From the NCBI GenBank assembly GCA_050506795.1, contig JBJHCF010000013.1:1-64000 (forward strand): a stretch of DNA of 64,000 nucleotides, read 5' to 3'. Position 1 is the first letter of the stretch; every line of letters begins with the position of its first letter. Under the pieces are notes generated by a model. It saw only the letters and a list, made by a program, of their open reading frames with translations. It did no database searches and was not told the origin of the DNA. Shown here in pieces: positions 19,930 to 29,679 of this stretch. A program made the translations under genes and the position numbers. The DNA comes from Opitutia bacterium (lineage in GTDB: Bacteria; Verrucomicrobiota; Verrucomicrobiia; Opitutales; T3Sed10-336).

Positions 19930-20724
19930 TCAATCCAGAAAGGCGGTCAGGGGACTGGTGGCGCTGGCGGTGCGGCTGACCGGGCTCCGGCCAATTTCGT
20001 AGGCGCAGCGTCCGGCGACCACGGCGGCGGCAAAGGCTTGGGCCATACGGGAGGGATCGGCGGCGACCGCGATCGCGGTGTTGACCAGCACGGCGTCGGC
20101 GCCCATCTCCAGTGCTTCCGCCGCTTGCGACGGACGTCCCAGTCCGGCATCCACCACTACGGGCACCCGCGCCTGTTCGATTATGATTTCGATTTGGGCT
20201 CGAGTGTCCAGGCCGCGGTTGCTGCCGATGGGGGAGCCCAGCGGCATGACGGTGGCCGCGCCCACGTCCTGAAGGCGTTGGGCCAGGACCGGGTCGGCAT
20301 TGATGTACGGGAGGACCACAAATCCTTCCTTAACCAGTGTTTCCGCCGCCTTCAGGGTTTCCACCGGGTCCGGGAGCAGGTAATTGGGGTCCGGGTGGAT
20401 CTCCAGCTTGACCCAGTTGGGCAAACCGGCGGCTTTTGCCAGGCGGGCGATGCGGACCGCTTCCTCCGCGTTCATGGCCCCGGCGGTGTTCGGCATGATG
20501 AGGTAGCGGTCTGATTCTAGAAAATCGAGGATGTTGGCGAAGGGATCGCCCGAGCCGCTCAAATCGGCGCGTTTGAGGGCTACGGTGACCAGTTCCGTGC
20601 CCGAGGCCGCCAGGGCGTCGCGCATGGCTTCGTTGCTGGAAAATTTGCCGGTGCCCACCAGGAGCCGGGATTGAAAGGTCCGGCCGGCGATGGTCAGCGG
20701 TTGAATCGAAAGATTGTCCGACAT
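19930..20724 (-). CDS. thiG: Thiazole synthase
   Basis: [42 protein letters not shown]. Confidence 0.96.
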   Translation of the reverse strand: MSDNLSIQPLTIAGRTFQSRLLVGTGKFSSNEAMRDALAASGTELVTVALKRADLSGSGDPFANILDFLESDRYLIMPNTAGAMNAEEAVRIARLAKAAGLPNWVKLEIHPDPNYLLPDPVETLKAAETLVKEGFVVLPYINADPVLAQRLQDVGAATVMPLGSPIGSNRGLDTRAQIEIIIEQARVPVVVDAGLGRPSQAAEALEMGADAVLVNTAIAVAADPSRMAQAFAAAVVAGRCAYEIGRSPVSRTASATSPLTAFLD

Positions 20725-20803
20725 AACCCGTCACACTAATCACGAAACCCCGCCTGTCTCCAGTGTTTTTCAGGAGAATCTTCCAGAAAAAGAATTCTTT
20801 CAC

Positions 20804-20825
20804 GTAGCGCCGTGCTTTAGCCGGC
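20804..20825 (+). repeat. GTAG-type REP-like hairpin
   Basis: GTAGCGCCGTGCTTTAGCCGGC; 21/22 identical to 3698..3719 (minus strand). Confidence 0.7.
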
Positions 20826-20935
20826 GTCAGCCCGTATGCCAAGGGAACACGGTTCCCCGACGCTCACGGAGGCGGGTCCGGTTGAACTCTCCGGGTCTCC
20901 GTGTGAGTCCAGTTTCCGCTGTATTTTTTGCTTCA

Positions 20936-20968
20936 TCAATCGATGAACCGCCTTAACCGTGCCATTCG
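20936..20968 (-). mobile_element. Isolated terminal repeat of the IS4-like MITE
   Basis: Minus strand CGAATGGCACGGTTAAGGCGGTTCATCGATTGA versus CGAATGGCACTGGTTAAGCAGGTTCATCGTTTGA at 52541. Confidence 0.65.
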
Positions 20969-21047
20969 GGCTAGGAGTCTGTCGGGCTTCGCCGACCTGA
21001 AGATTTCATTGGAAAAAGCTTCGGGATTGGGTGATGATGGACCGTTT

Positions 21048-22670
21048 ATGAACCTGGAATCCGAAGTCAGGCGGAGACGAACCTTCGCTATCATCTCGCA
21101 TCCGGACGCGGGGAAAACGACATTGACCGAAAAGTTTCTGCTTTACGGCGGAGCCGTGCAACTGGCTGGGTCGGTAACGGGCAAGAAGAAGGATCGCGCC
21201 ACCGCTTCCGACTGGATGGAGTTGGAAAAAAAACGCGGGATCTCGGTCAGTTCGACCGTTCTGCAGTTTCCTTACGGCGATTACTGTGTCAATCTGCTGG
21301 ATACGCCCGGTCACGAGGACTTTTCCGAAGACACCTACCGCGTGCTGACTGCGGTTGACGCCGCCATTATGGTGATCGATGCCGCCAAGGGCATCGAAGC
21401 ACAGACCCGCAAGCTTTTCGAGGTCTGCCGCATGCGAGGCCTGCCCATTTTCACTTTCGTCAACAAATGCGACCGGCCAGGGAAAGGACCGCTCGCCCTG
21501 TTGGACGAAATCGAATCGGTGCTCGGGTTAGCCGCTTACCCCATGAACTGGCCCATGGGGGACGGCGCCGAATTTCGGGGTTTGATCGATCGCCGGCGCA
21601 GCCAGGCGCATTTCTTCGAGCGCAACGCCGGGGGACGTTTCCGGGCGGCGGAGTCTTTGTCCGATCTCGACGACGCCGGTCTCCGCGAAAAACTGACCGA
21701 TCGGGTCCACGCCCAACTCCAGGAGGAGATCGAAATGCTGGACATGGCCGGCGCCGAGTTTGATACGGGAGCCGTTCTGGGCGGGCGTTTGACTCCGGTG
21801 TTTTTCGGCAGCGCGCTGAACAATTTTGGTGTGCGCCTTTTGCTGGACGAGTTTCTGGCCATGGCTCCAGAGCCGCGATCGCGCAAGGTGGGCGAGGAGA
21901 TCGTCGAACCGGTCCGCCCGGCTTTTTCCGGGTTCGTCTTCAAAATCCAGGCCAATATGGATCCGCAGCACCGCGACCGGGTGGCGTTTATCCGGATCTG
22001 TTCGGGTCGGTTCAGCCGGGATATGTCCGTGCTGCACGCCCAGAGCGGCAAAAAGATTCGCCTGTCGTTTTCCCAGCGGGTATTCGGCCGCGAGCGCGAG
22101 ACCCAGGACGAGGCCTGGCCGGGGGATGTCATCGGCATCGCCGGGAACACCGAACTGGGGCTCGGCGACACCGTCACCGAAGATTCGGCGATCCTCTACC
22201 AGGAACTGCCGCGATTTCCGCCGGAATGTTTCGCCTACCTCCGCAACGAGGATATGCGCAACTACAAGCGATTCCGTGCCGGACTGGAACAGCTCCTGCA
22301 CGAAAAGGTGGTTCAGCGCTTCCACCTGGCGAACTCCGCCGATCAGACCCCCTTCCTGGGAGCCGTGGGCCCTTTGCAGTTTGATGTGGTGCGCTTTCGC
22401 CTGGAAAGCGAGTACCGCGCTCCCTCTCGTTTGGACCCGGCCCCCTGGACCGTGACGCGGTGGGTGGGTGAGTCTGTATCGATGGAGCAATTACGCGAAA
22501 TCTTTCTTCCGTCCGGGGCCGCTTTGGCCACCGACGACGACCGGCGTCCGGTCATGCTTTTCTCCGACGAATGGAATCTTCGTTACTTCGGCGACAAACA
22601 CCCGGAAGTCCCCCTGCACGAATACCCGCCCGAGGCCGCTCCCAGGTCTCTTGCCGTGGAGACCGGTTGA
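21048..22670 (+). CDS. prfC: Peptide chain release factor 3
   Basis: RRRTFAIISHPDAGKTT, DTPGHEDFSEDTYR, FKIQANMDPQHRDR. Confidence 0.97.
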   Translation: MNLESEVRRRRTFAIISHPDAGKTTLTEKFLLYGGAVQLAGSVTGKKKDRATASDWMELEKKRGISVSSTVLQFPYGDYCVNLLDTPGHEDFSEDTYRVLTAVDAAIMVIDAAKGIEAQTRKLFEVCRMRGLPIFTFVNKCDRPGKGPLALLDEIESVLGLAAYPMNWPMGDGAEFRGLIDRRRSQAHFFERNAGGRFRAAESLSDLDDAGLREKLTDRVHAQLQEEIEMLDMAGAEFDTGAVLGGRLTPVFFGSALNNFGVRLLLDEFLAMAPEPRSRKVGEEIVEPVRPAFSGFVFKIQANMDPQHRDRVAFIRICSGRFSRDMSVLHAQSGKKIRLSFSQRVFGRERETQDEAWPGDVIGIAGNTELGLGDTVTEDSAILYQELPRFPPECFAYLRNEDMRNYKRFRAGLEQLLHEKVVQRFHLANSADQTPFLGAVGPLQFDVVRFRLESEYRAPSRLDPAPWTVTRWVGESVSMEQLREIFLPSGAALATDDDRRPVMLFSDEWNLRYFGDKHPEVPLHEYPPEAAPRSLAVETG

Positions 22671-22688
22671 TCGGACCGCCCGGTTGTT

Positions 22689-23864
22689 TTATCGATCGTG
22701 GAAGGTGTGTCGGGAGGCGTGTTCGCGGCCCTTGTGGAGAATGTCACTTAGGCGGGTGCCGTTGCCGCTATCGGCCAGAGCGGAGTGAATCATGATCACT
22801 TCGCCGAGGTTCTCCCGGGTGAGCAGGCCGGAGAGGCGGCCTTCGTGCATGACGGGCAGGGTCGTCATTTCTCCCATACGGAGTTTCTCCTGCAGGGTTT
22901 CCAGGTCATCGTCCTCACCCAGACACTCGAACTCCCGGTTCATGCCCACGGTGACGGGAGCGTGGCGGTCGTGGTCGGAGAGCGCCTGCAGCAGACGCTG
23001 ACGGGTCAGAAGTCCGACGACGTCGCCGCCGCGGACGATGGGAAAGTCCTGCTGGGAACCCGCCAGTAATTCATCGACGGCGTCACCGAGAGTGTCGTTT
23101 TCCTGCAGGGTACGGAAATGGGTCAGCATGGCGTCGCGGACCTTGAGACCTTTAAGCGCGAATTGGGTTTCGGCGTAGTGGGCTTCGGCCCCGGCGCCGA
23201 GGAAAACAAAGATGGCGATGAACAGCAGAAGTGGGCTGACTCCGGGCAGGAAGGCGGCGAAGGCGAACAGGATGGCCATGCCCTGCCCGACGGTGGCGGC
23301 GACGCGGGTGGCGCGGTGGTAGGGCAGGCGGGTGGCCAGGGCCGCCCGCAGCACCCGGCCTCCGTCCATCGGAAAGGCCGGCAACATATTAAAGATAACC
23401 AGGATGACGTTGATCCACATCAGTTTCCCCAGCAGGTTACCGCCGAATTCCTCGCCTTCCTGCAGCAGGGTGACGTCTGTCAGGCCCTCGGTCCCGTGGA
23501 TAATCAGGATCAGAAGGGCCAGCAGACCGGCGATGGCCACGTTGACCGCCGGTCCGGCCACCGCCACCCAGAACTCCTTGCTGGGCTCGGTCGGCATGCG
23601 TTCCAGCCGGGCCAGGCCGCCGATAGGCAGCAGGGTGATGTCGCGGGTGCCGATACCGTAGCGCAGGGCGCAGAGGGCGTGCCCCAACTCATGCAGCAGC
23701 ACGCAGCCGAAGAGCGCTCCGATAAAGACCACCACGCCGATCGCGGTGCGGGCGTCACTCCCGGCGAGCAGAATCAGGAACAGGGCGGTGATCAGAATGA
23801 TGAACGTCCAATGGAGAAAAATGCCGATTCCCGCCACCGAACCGATTCGCAAGGACCAGGTCAT
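22689..23864 (-). CDS. Site-2 (M50) zinc metalloprotease with CBS domains
   Basis: HELGH, AGPAVN, FNMLPAFPMDGGR and a C-terminal CBS pair. Confidence 0.92.
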   Translation of the reverse strand: MTWSLRIGSVAGIGIFLHWTFIILITALFLILLAGSDARTAIGVVVFIGALFGCVLLHELGHALCALRYGIGTRDITLLPIGGLARLERMPTEPSKEFWVAVAGPAVNVAIAGLLALLILIIHGTEGLTDVTLLQEGEEFGGNLLGKLMWINVILVIFNMLPAFPMDGGRVLRAALATRLPYHRATRVAATVGQGMAILFAFAAFLPGVSPLLLFIAIFVFLGAGAEAHYAETQFALKGLKVRDAMLTHFRTLQENDTLGDAVDELLAGSQQDFPIVRGGDVVGLLTRQRLLQALSDHDRHAPVTVGMNREFECLGEDDDLETLQEKLRMGEMTTLPVMHEGRLSGLLTRENLGEVIMIHSALADSGNGTRLSDILHKGREHASRHTFHDR

Positions 23865-24039
23865 AGAATGCAAGATGAACCCTTTTCGGCGTCGCTTTCA
23901 AGTCGGATAGCGAATTGGGTGGAAACCGGTTTGGACCGTTAATGATCGTGGATCAACTGCCGAACGAAACGTCGGATCCACCAGTGGGCCTGCGACATCA
24001 ACGTCTAACCATCAAGTTTTGCAAATCACGTTGAGAGAG

Positions 24040-24102
24040 GTAGAGCACGCTTCCTGCGTGAGTTTCGCTCGCAAGATGCGTGCACTCCTTTGGGTCTGAG
24101 GC
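24040..24102. repeat. Inverted REP doublet, copy 2 (degenerate)
   Basis: 56/63 identical to 9965..10027. Confidence 0.75.
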
Positions 24103-24118
24103 GTCGCCCTCATGTTAT

Positions 24119-24982
24119 CTAGTAGTCAAAACTTGGGGCGTTGTGGTGTGCCCAGGCGATGGCGGCGGCCAAAAAGAGCAGCAGCCAGACGCCCTGCAAC
24201 GCGGTACGTTTGACCGGGCCCAGGTTATTCAGTTTGGGCACCGAGGGAAGCATGAGCGCCGCCAGGGAGACCAGCGCCAGCAAGGCGCTGGCCGGAGGAA
24301 CGTCGGCGTAAACCGTTCCCGCCGCCAGGAGTCCGCTCCAGGGAAGGCACACCATGGCCGGTCCCGGGCGAGAGGCCGGGGCCAGGCGGTGCACCAGCGG
24401 AAGCGCTCCCAGGCTGCCACCGGCGATGCCTCCGGCCAGACCCAGGGCAAAGAGGGAGTAACTGGCCACGCCACCGATCATGAGAAGGATGCTTAGTCCC
24501 GCCGTGGCCAGGAGGAGGAGACCGATGTACCGCCACGCCGGTTCGGCGCCGTGACCCCGGACCAGGAACGCCCAGGCCGCGGCCGTGCCCGCGATCAGCG
24601 AAACGGGCCAGATAATCGCCGCGTCCTCCTCCCAGGTTCGACCGATCATGGGCTGCGCCAGAAGGTAGATTAAAATGGAGGCCGCCACGACCCTGCAGGG
24701 CCAGGCGATCCAGGCGTGCGGACGCGACGGCAGGGCCAGTCCGGCAACGCCCAGCAGAGCAACCGTCCAGAATATCCAGCCGGCCGCCTCGCGCGGGGGC
24801 AGGGAGGGGAGATCACGAACCAGCCAGGCCCCGACCAGGTATCCGGCGGCCGGCGCCAGCCACCGGACCATCCGGCGACCGGCCTCCAGTTTCCAGAGTC
24901 CCAGGACCATGGCCGCGGCCAGCACACCGCCGCCGGCCAGGAACGCGGCCAGCAGCGGTTTAAGGAGCTCGGCGGGACTCAT
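24119..24982 (-). CDS. Hypothetical multi-pass membrane protein
   Basis: 287-aa highly hydrophobic ORF co-oriented with yceI. Confidence 0.7.
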   Translation of the reverse strand: MSPAELLKPLLAAFLAGGGVLAAAMVLGLWKLEAGRRMVRWLAPAAGYLVGAWLVRDLPSLPPREAAGWIFWTVALLGVAGLALPSRPHAWIAWPCRVVAASILIYLLAQPMIGRTWEEDAAIIWPVSLIAGTAAAWAFLVRGHGAEPAWRYIGLLLLATAGLSILLMIGGVASYSLFALGLAGGIAGGSLGALPLVHRLAPASRPGPAMVCLPWSGLLAAGTVYADVPPASALLALVSLAALMLPSVPKLNNLGPVKRTALQGVWLLLFLAAAIAWAHHNAPSFDY

Positions 24983-25021
24983 GGAAGTAAATACCGGATA
25001 GCGGTCAAGAGGTGCCTTCCG

Positions 25022-25603
25022 TTATTGGCGCACCAATTGCAGGGTGACGATCAGTTCGATTTCGTCGGACAGTCCGTCCGGCATGAAATTCATCCCGAAA
25101 TCGCCGCGATTCACGGTGAAGGTGGCGATCCCGCCCCGCCGAAAATCTCCACGCGGTCCTTCGCCGGAGCCGGTTTCGGTCCAGGTGAACCCGACCGGAC
25201 GGGTCACACCCAGCAGGGTGACCTCACCCGCCACCTGGTACTCGCCGTTGCTCCCGTTGATTTCGGTGCTGCGGAAGACGATATCCGGGTGCTGGCGGGC
25301 ATTAAAAAAGTCGGGACTGCGCAGGTGCTGGTCACGGCGCTCGTTGTTGGTGTCAACGCTTTGGGCGTCGATCGTAAGGCTGACACTGGAATTGGACGCG
25401 TCGGCCTCATCCCAGCGCACATCGGCATCAAAGGCGTTGAATCGCCCGTAGACGTACGAGAAGCCGTTGTGTTTGACCTTAAAGAGGACATTGGAGTGAA
25501 CCACATCGACGCCGTAGGTTTCCGCCGCGTTGGCCTTGGAGGTGAACAATCCGGCGGCGAAGAGGCCGGCGATCGATAGAAGAGACAGTACAACAGGTTT
25601 CAT
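25022..25603 (-). CDS. yceI: YceI-family periplasmic lipid/polyisoprenoid-binding protein
   Basis: Signal peptide, HS..F.VKH, SVDT..RRDQHLRSPDFF, TLLGVTRPV. Confidence 0.9.
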   Translation of the reverse strand: MKPVVLSLLSIAGLFAAGLFTSKANAAETYGVDVVHSNVLFKVKHNGFSYVYGRFNAFDADVRWDEADASNSSVSLTIDAQSVDTNNERRDQHLRSPDFFNARQHPDIVFRSTEINGSNGEYQVAGEVTLLGVTRPVGFTWTETGSGEGPRGDFRRGGIATFTVNRGDFGMNFMPDGLSDEIELIVTLQLVRQ

Positions 25604-25903
25604 TCGGTTTTACTTGGTTGGAATTAAGACGGCGGTTTTCGGTGGCTTAGCCGCCGTGACCGCACTCGATCAGATTAGAAGGATCCTTTATAGGACCGAG
25701 CAGTATAGTTCAAGTTTGCCCTGGCGCAAGGAGGCACCGATTCGTTTTGCCCAACCGAGGTCCCTGGTGAAGGTTAAATCGATACCAAAACGATAAAAAT
25801 TCGTTTGCATTATGTCGCAAACGGCACAAGGTTTCTTATCAGGGTTAGTTTCCTTCAGCTCAGTCTGAAATCCAGTCGAAAAACTCCAAACACCAAAGGA
25901 AAT

Positions 25904-26614
25904 ATGAAACGGGCACCCTCAGCCTTTACGTTGATTGAATTGCTAACAGTGATTGCGATTATTGGCATTCTCGGCGCTATCCTCATTCCAGTGGCCGCCT
26001 CGGTCCGGGAATCGGGGCGTCGCAGCTTGTGTTTGAGTAACCTGCGGCAGATCGCGGTGGCTACCCAAGTGTTCGCCGCGGACCACGAGGGACAGCTTCC
26101 CCGGCCCAATTGGGGAGAGTCCAGCCACGGCTGGTTGTACGACGTGCCGCTCCATCGTCCGGGAGGGCGTTTCGCCGGACCGGATTACAATCCCCAGGCA
26201 GGCGCGTTGCGGGATGGTCAGTTGTGGCCGTACCTGGAGCATGATGAGATATATCAGTGCCCGACCGACTGGATGAAGAAGGACCATTTGTTTGAGGCGC
26301 GTACGCAGAAACTTTCCAGTTACGTCATGAATGGTTCCGCCAGCGCTTACTCAGGCGGTCCGGCTTTGAAGGTTGAACAGTTTCAACCCGATGCGATAAT
26401 GTTCTGGGAGGCCGATGAGGCGACCCCTTTCTTTTACAATGACGGGGCAAACTTTCCCGATGAGGGCATTTCCATGCGCCATGGGCGTGGGGCTCATGTC
26501 GCCGGTCTCTACGGCAACGTCGAGATCATCAGTCAAGCGGATTACGCCCAACAGTTGACCCTGCGCCCGGGTCGCCTCTGGAATAACCCGAGAACCTCGC
26601 ACGGGGGCGGTTAA
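25904..26614 (+). CDS. Prepilin-type N-terminal cleavage/methylation domain protein (H-X9-DG-like)
   Basis: AFTLIELLTVIAIIGILGAILIP, CLSNLRQI, C-terminal RHGRGAHVAGLYGNV. Confidence 0.88.
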   Translation: MKRAPSAFTLIELLTVIAIIGILGAILIPVAASVRESGRRSLCLSNLRQIAVATQVFAADHEGQLPRPNWGESSHGWLYDVPLHRPGGRFAGPDYNPQAGALRDGQLWPYLEHDEIYQCPTDWMKKDHLFEARTQKLSSYVMNGSASAYSGGPALKVEQFQPDAIMFWEADEATPFFYNDGANFPDEGISMRHGRGAHVAGLYGNVEIISQADYAQQLTLRPGRLWNNPRTSHGGG

Positions 26615-26674
26615 GGCGTTTCCGCGCATCTTCCGGCCCAAGTGGCGGCAATAGATCCTGCGAATGATCCCACA

Positions 26675-27193
26675 ATGAAAAAGCATAGCATAATTTCGGC
26701 ATTTTTGGCGACGGTGCTGTTTGTCCTGGCCGGCTGCGGCAAGGAGGAACAACGACAGCAGGAGGTGGTTCGCGAGTTTGAGCGCACCTTTGCGATTGAG
26801 CCCGCGCCGGTCCAGCCTTCCGCGCAACCTTCCACCTCGCCGGGATCGTATTCGGCTCCGGCGACGGGCGGGGGGACCACCGGTACCACCCGAACCAGCG
26901 GTGGTTCTACGGCACCGGTCGCGTCTTCCGCGGCCACCGGTCCTTCCGGTGAGGAGGTATCTCCGGTAGTCCGTGAGGCCGCCCAGCAGGTGGTGCAATA
27001 CATCAACACCCGCCAGTATGCCTCAGCGGTTCAGCGACTGGACAGCCTGATGAGTGAACCGACGTTGACGGCCGACCAGTGGATGGCGTCGCGGAACGCC
27101 ATGGCCGAATTACAGGGTCGGATCGCGCGGGATTCGAGTATTACCGACGAGGAGCGAAATCAGGTCCGGCGCGTTCTCGAGCGCCGCCGGTAA
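26675..27193 (+). CDS. Hypothetical lipoprotein with Ser/Thr/Pro/Gly-rich linker
   Basis: MKK start, hydrophobic stretch and LAGC lipobox. Confidence 0.75.
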   Translation: MKKHSIISAFLATVLFVLAGCGKEEQRQQEVVREFERTFAIEPAPVQPSAQPSTSPGSYSAPATGGGTTGTTRTSGGSTAPVASSAATGPSGEEVSPVVREAAQQVVQYINTRQYASAVQRLDSLMSEPTLTADQWMASRNAMAELQGRIARDSSITDEERNQVRRVLERRR

Positions 27194-27206
27194 TCCGGTT
27201 CGGAAT

Positions 27207-27549
27207 TTATCTGGAAGCGCGAAAATTCCTGGCCGCCGTCGCGCGTTTCCCGGAGGCTGCCAGGGGAGCGCCGGGGTCAATGATGATGACGCAGGATGAC
27301 GTTGATGTCGAGTTCGGGCCAGTAGAGGTGGTTGGTCGCCAGCATTTGCACGTCGGCCAGCTCCCGCGAGGTCGCCCAGGCGAACCACGGGTATTTGCGG
27401 AAGGTGAGGAAGTGTTCCCGGCCATCCACCCGAAGCAGGATTCCCTCCGACCCGGTACTGACGATTTGCACCCGTCCCAGGCGTTCCGGGTACCGCTGCG
27501 GGATTGCCGAAGAGCTGATGGTTAGCGAATCTGATGAATTCGGGATCAT
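27207..27549 (-). pseudogene. DUF2442-family protein, possibly frameshifted near the C-terminus
   Basis: FL.F.KYPWF..AT and HLYWPELDI motifs; the main frame stops at 27277 while another frame continues IIDPGAPL to 27207. Confidence 0.45.
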
Positions 27550-27699
27550 GTTCTAATGTTCGCTGAAAGGGGAAATTCGGTCAATGGGGCCACGGTTACG
27601 ATTCGGTGACATTATTTCCGCGAAAAGGGGAGTTGACTCCGGTCCGGGAGTGCCGCAATTTCGTCTGTTTCCAAAATCGCAAGCATCTACTGAAGGACA

Positions 27700-27981
27700 A
27701 TGGCTTTAAAAATCAAACTCTCCCGCGCGGGAGCGACTCACAATCCAGTCTATCGCATCGTTGTCGCCGAGGCACGTGGCCGTCGCGACGGCCGCTTTGT
27801 GGAAACTCTGGGCACCTATAGCCCGAAATCCAAGACGGAGCAGTTGCGTTTCAATGTCGAACGCGCCGAATACTGGATGGGGAACGGTGCCACTCCGACC
27901 GATACGGTCCGTTCGCTTTACAAAAAGGCGAAAAAGACCGCTGCCGCGCAACCGGCGGAAGCAGCCGCCTCCGAGGCCTGA
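27700..27981 (+). CDS. rpsP: 30S ribosomal protein S16
   Basis: KIKLSR.G...P.YRIVVA..R..RDGRFVE.LGTY; GATPTDTV. Confidence 0.97.
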   Translation: MALKIKLSRAGATHNPVYRIVVAEARGRRDGRFVETLGTYSPKSKTEQLRFNVERAEYWMGNGATPTDTVRSLYKKAKKTAAAQPAEAAASEA

Positions 27982-28293
27982 ACCGCGTTTCGCCGCGGCC
28001 GGGACGCGTCCTCCGTTGAGGTGGCGCATCAGGGATGATTCCAGGGTTAAGGGGCGTCAATGGCTGTCGATTTAGGGTCCCCTGGTATCGGCGATCGATT
28101 ATCATGAATGCACTTATTGCGGTGCTTTTCGTCCCCGATGCAGGGTCTTTTGGTTCGCGAGCTTTGATCCGCATTTCTCAGCGGGGAATCGTAAATTTGA
28201 CATTTTCGATCTGACAAAGCCGCGGACTCCGATTGGATAATTTCGGTTCGCCCGGTACGCTCGCGATGAGGGGAGAATTGGCGGCGTTATTCC

Positions 28294-28989
28294 ATGAAAA
28301 TCGACTTGATCACCCTCTTTCCCGGAATGATCCGGGGGTATTTGGAGGAAAGCATGCTCGGCCGGGCGGCCAAGGCGGGCCTGCTGGAAATCAGGGTGCA
28401 CAATTTGAGGGACTGGGCGGAGGGAAAGCACAAGGTCACCGACGATCGGCCCTTCGGCGGCGGTGCGGGAATGTTGCTCAAACCCGAACCGATTTTCGCC
28501 GCCATCGAATCCCTGCGCGGTCCTGACAGCAGCACGGTTTACCTGGCCCCGGATGGAGAGCCGCTGCGGACGCCGCTGGTCAAGTCTTTGGCCCGGGAAA
28601 AGCACATTATACTGCTCAGCGGACATTACGAGGGAGTGGACCAGCGGGTGCGTGATTGTCTGATCGATCGCGAGATCAGTATCGGCGACTACGTGTTGAC
28701 CAATGGGACCCTGGCGGCGGCCGTGTTGATCGACGCAGTGGCCCGTCACGTGCCGGGTGTTTTAGGCGATGAAAAATCATTGACTCAGGACAGCTACGAA
28801 GGCAATGTCCTCTCTTTTCCGCAGTACACCAGGCCGGCGGAGTTTCGTGGCATGGGTGTTCCCGAGGTTTTGCTCTCGGGCGACCACGGGGCGATCGAAC
28901 GCTGGCGACGGGAGATGCGGGTGCGCAGAACGCGGGAAATACGACCAGACTTGGAAAACGAAAGTACGAACGATGAACCAGATTGTTAG
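28294..28989 (+). CDS. trmD: tRNA (guanine37-N1)-methyltransferase
   Basis: [34 protein letters not shown]. Confidence 0.97.
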   Translation: MKIDLITLFPGMIRGYLEESMLGRAAKAGLLEIRVHNLRDWAEGKHKVTDDRPFGGGAGMLLKPEPIFAAIESLRGPDSSTVYLAPDGEPLRTPLVKSLAREKHIILLSGHYEGVDQRVRDCLIDREISIGDYVLTNGTLAAAVLIDAVARHVPGVLGDEKSLTQDSYEGNVLSFPQYTRPAEFRGMGVPEVLLSGDHGAIERWRREMRVRRTREIRPDLENESTNDEPDC

Positions 28990-29338
28990 CGAGATCGGCA
29001 AGAAACAGACCAAAACCGACCTTCCCGGCTTTAAAGTGGGAGACGGTGTTAAGGTGCACACCCGCGTGCGCGAAGGCGACAAGGAGCGTATCCAGATTTT
29101 CAGTGGGATCGTGATAGCCCGTCGGGGCAGCGACATCAATGAAACGTTCACGGTGCGCCGTATCTCCTACGGCGAAGGCGTGGAAAGGGTGTTTCCGGTG
29201 AATTCGCCGAACATCGAAAAGGTCGAAGTGGACCGCGAAAGCGTGGTGCGTCGGGCTCGCCTGTACCACCTGCGCGATCTGGTGGGCAAGTCTGCCACCA
29301 AGGTTAAAGAAAAGCGCCTGGCCGAACGCAAGTCCTGA
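28973..29338 (+). CDS. rplS: 50S ribosomal protein L19
   Basis: [43 protein letters not shown]. Confidence 0.97.
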   Translation: MNQIVSEIGKKQTKTDLPGFKVGDGVKVHTRVREGDKERIQIFSGIVIARRGSDINETFTVRRISYGEGVERVFPVNSPNIEKVEVDRESVVRRARLYHLRDLVGKSATKVKEKRLAERKS

Positions 29339-29679
29339 GAAGGGACTGGATTCCGGGAAACCGTGGCCGACGCTCGCGGCGTCTGCCGGAGGCGGCGTCG
29401 AAGGGATTTCAATCACGGAGCATCGTGCGCGGTGGAAGTACCGGGATCGCGGAGCGCCCTGTAATTCAGGCGTCGCTCTTTCGCCGTGCCGGGTCGACGG
29501 CCGCGTGAGTTTCCGTATGGGGGGCGTTTTGATGCCGCCTTCCGAGCCATCATGGTACAGTAAACCGGTAAAATCGGGGCGTCTTTGGGGCCTCGCGAAA
29601 GGAATTTCTTGTGTTCCTTGCGGTTCGCGGTGTTTCGTTTTTACCAAAGTATTGCTAAACCAAGAACGATTCGCTTGTT

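Noticed and set aside
20725..20935. TPP riboswitch upstream of thiG
   Set aside because: No CTGAGA or GAACCTGA core was found on the minus strand
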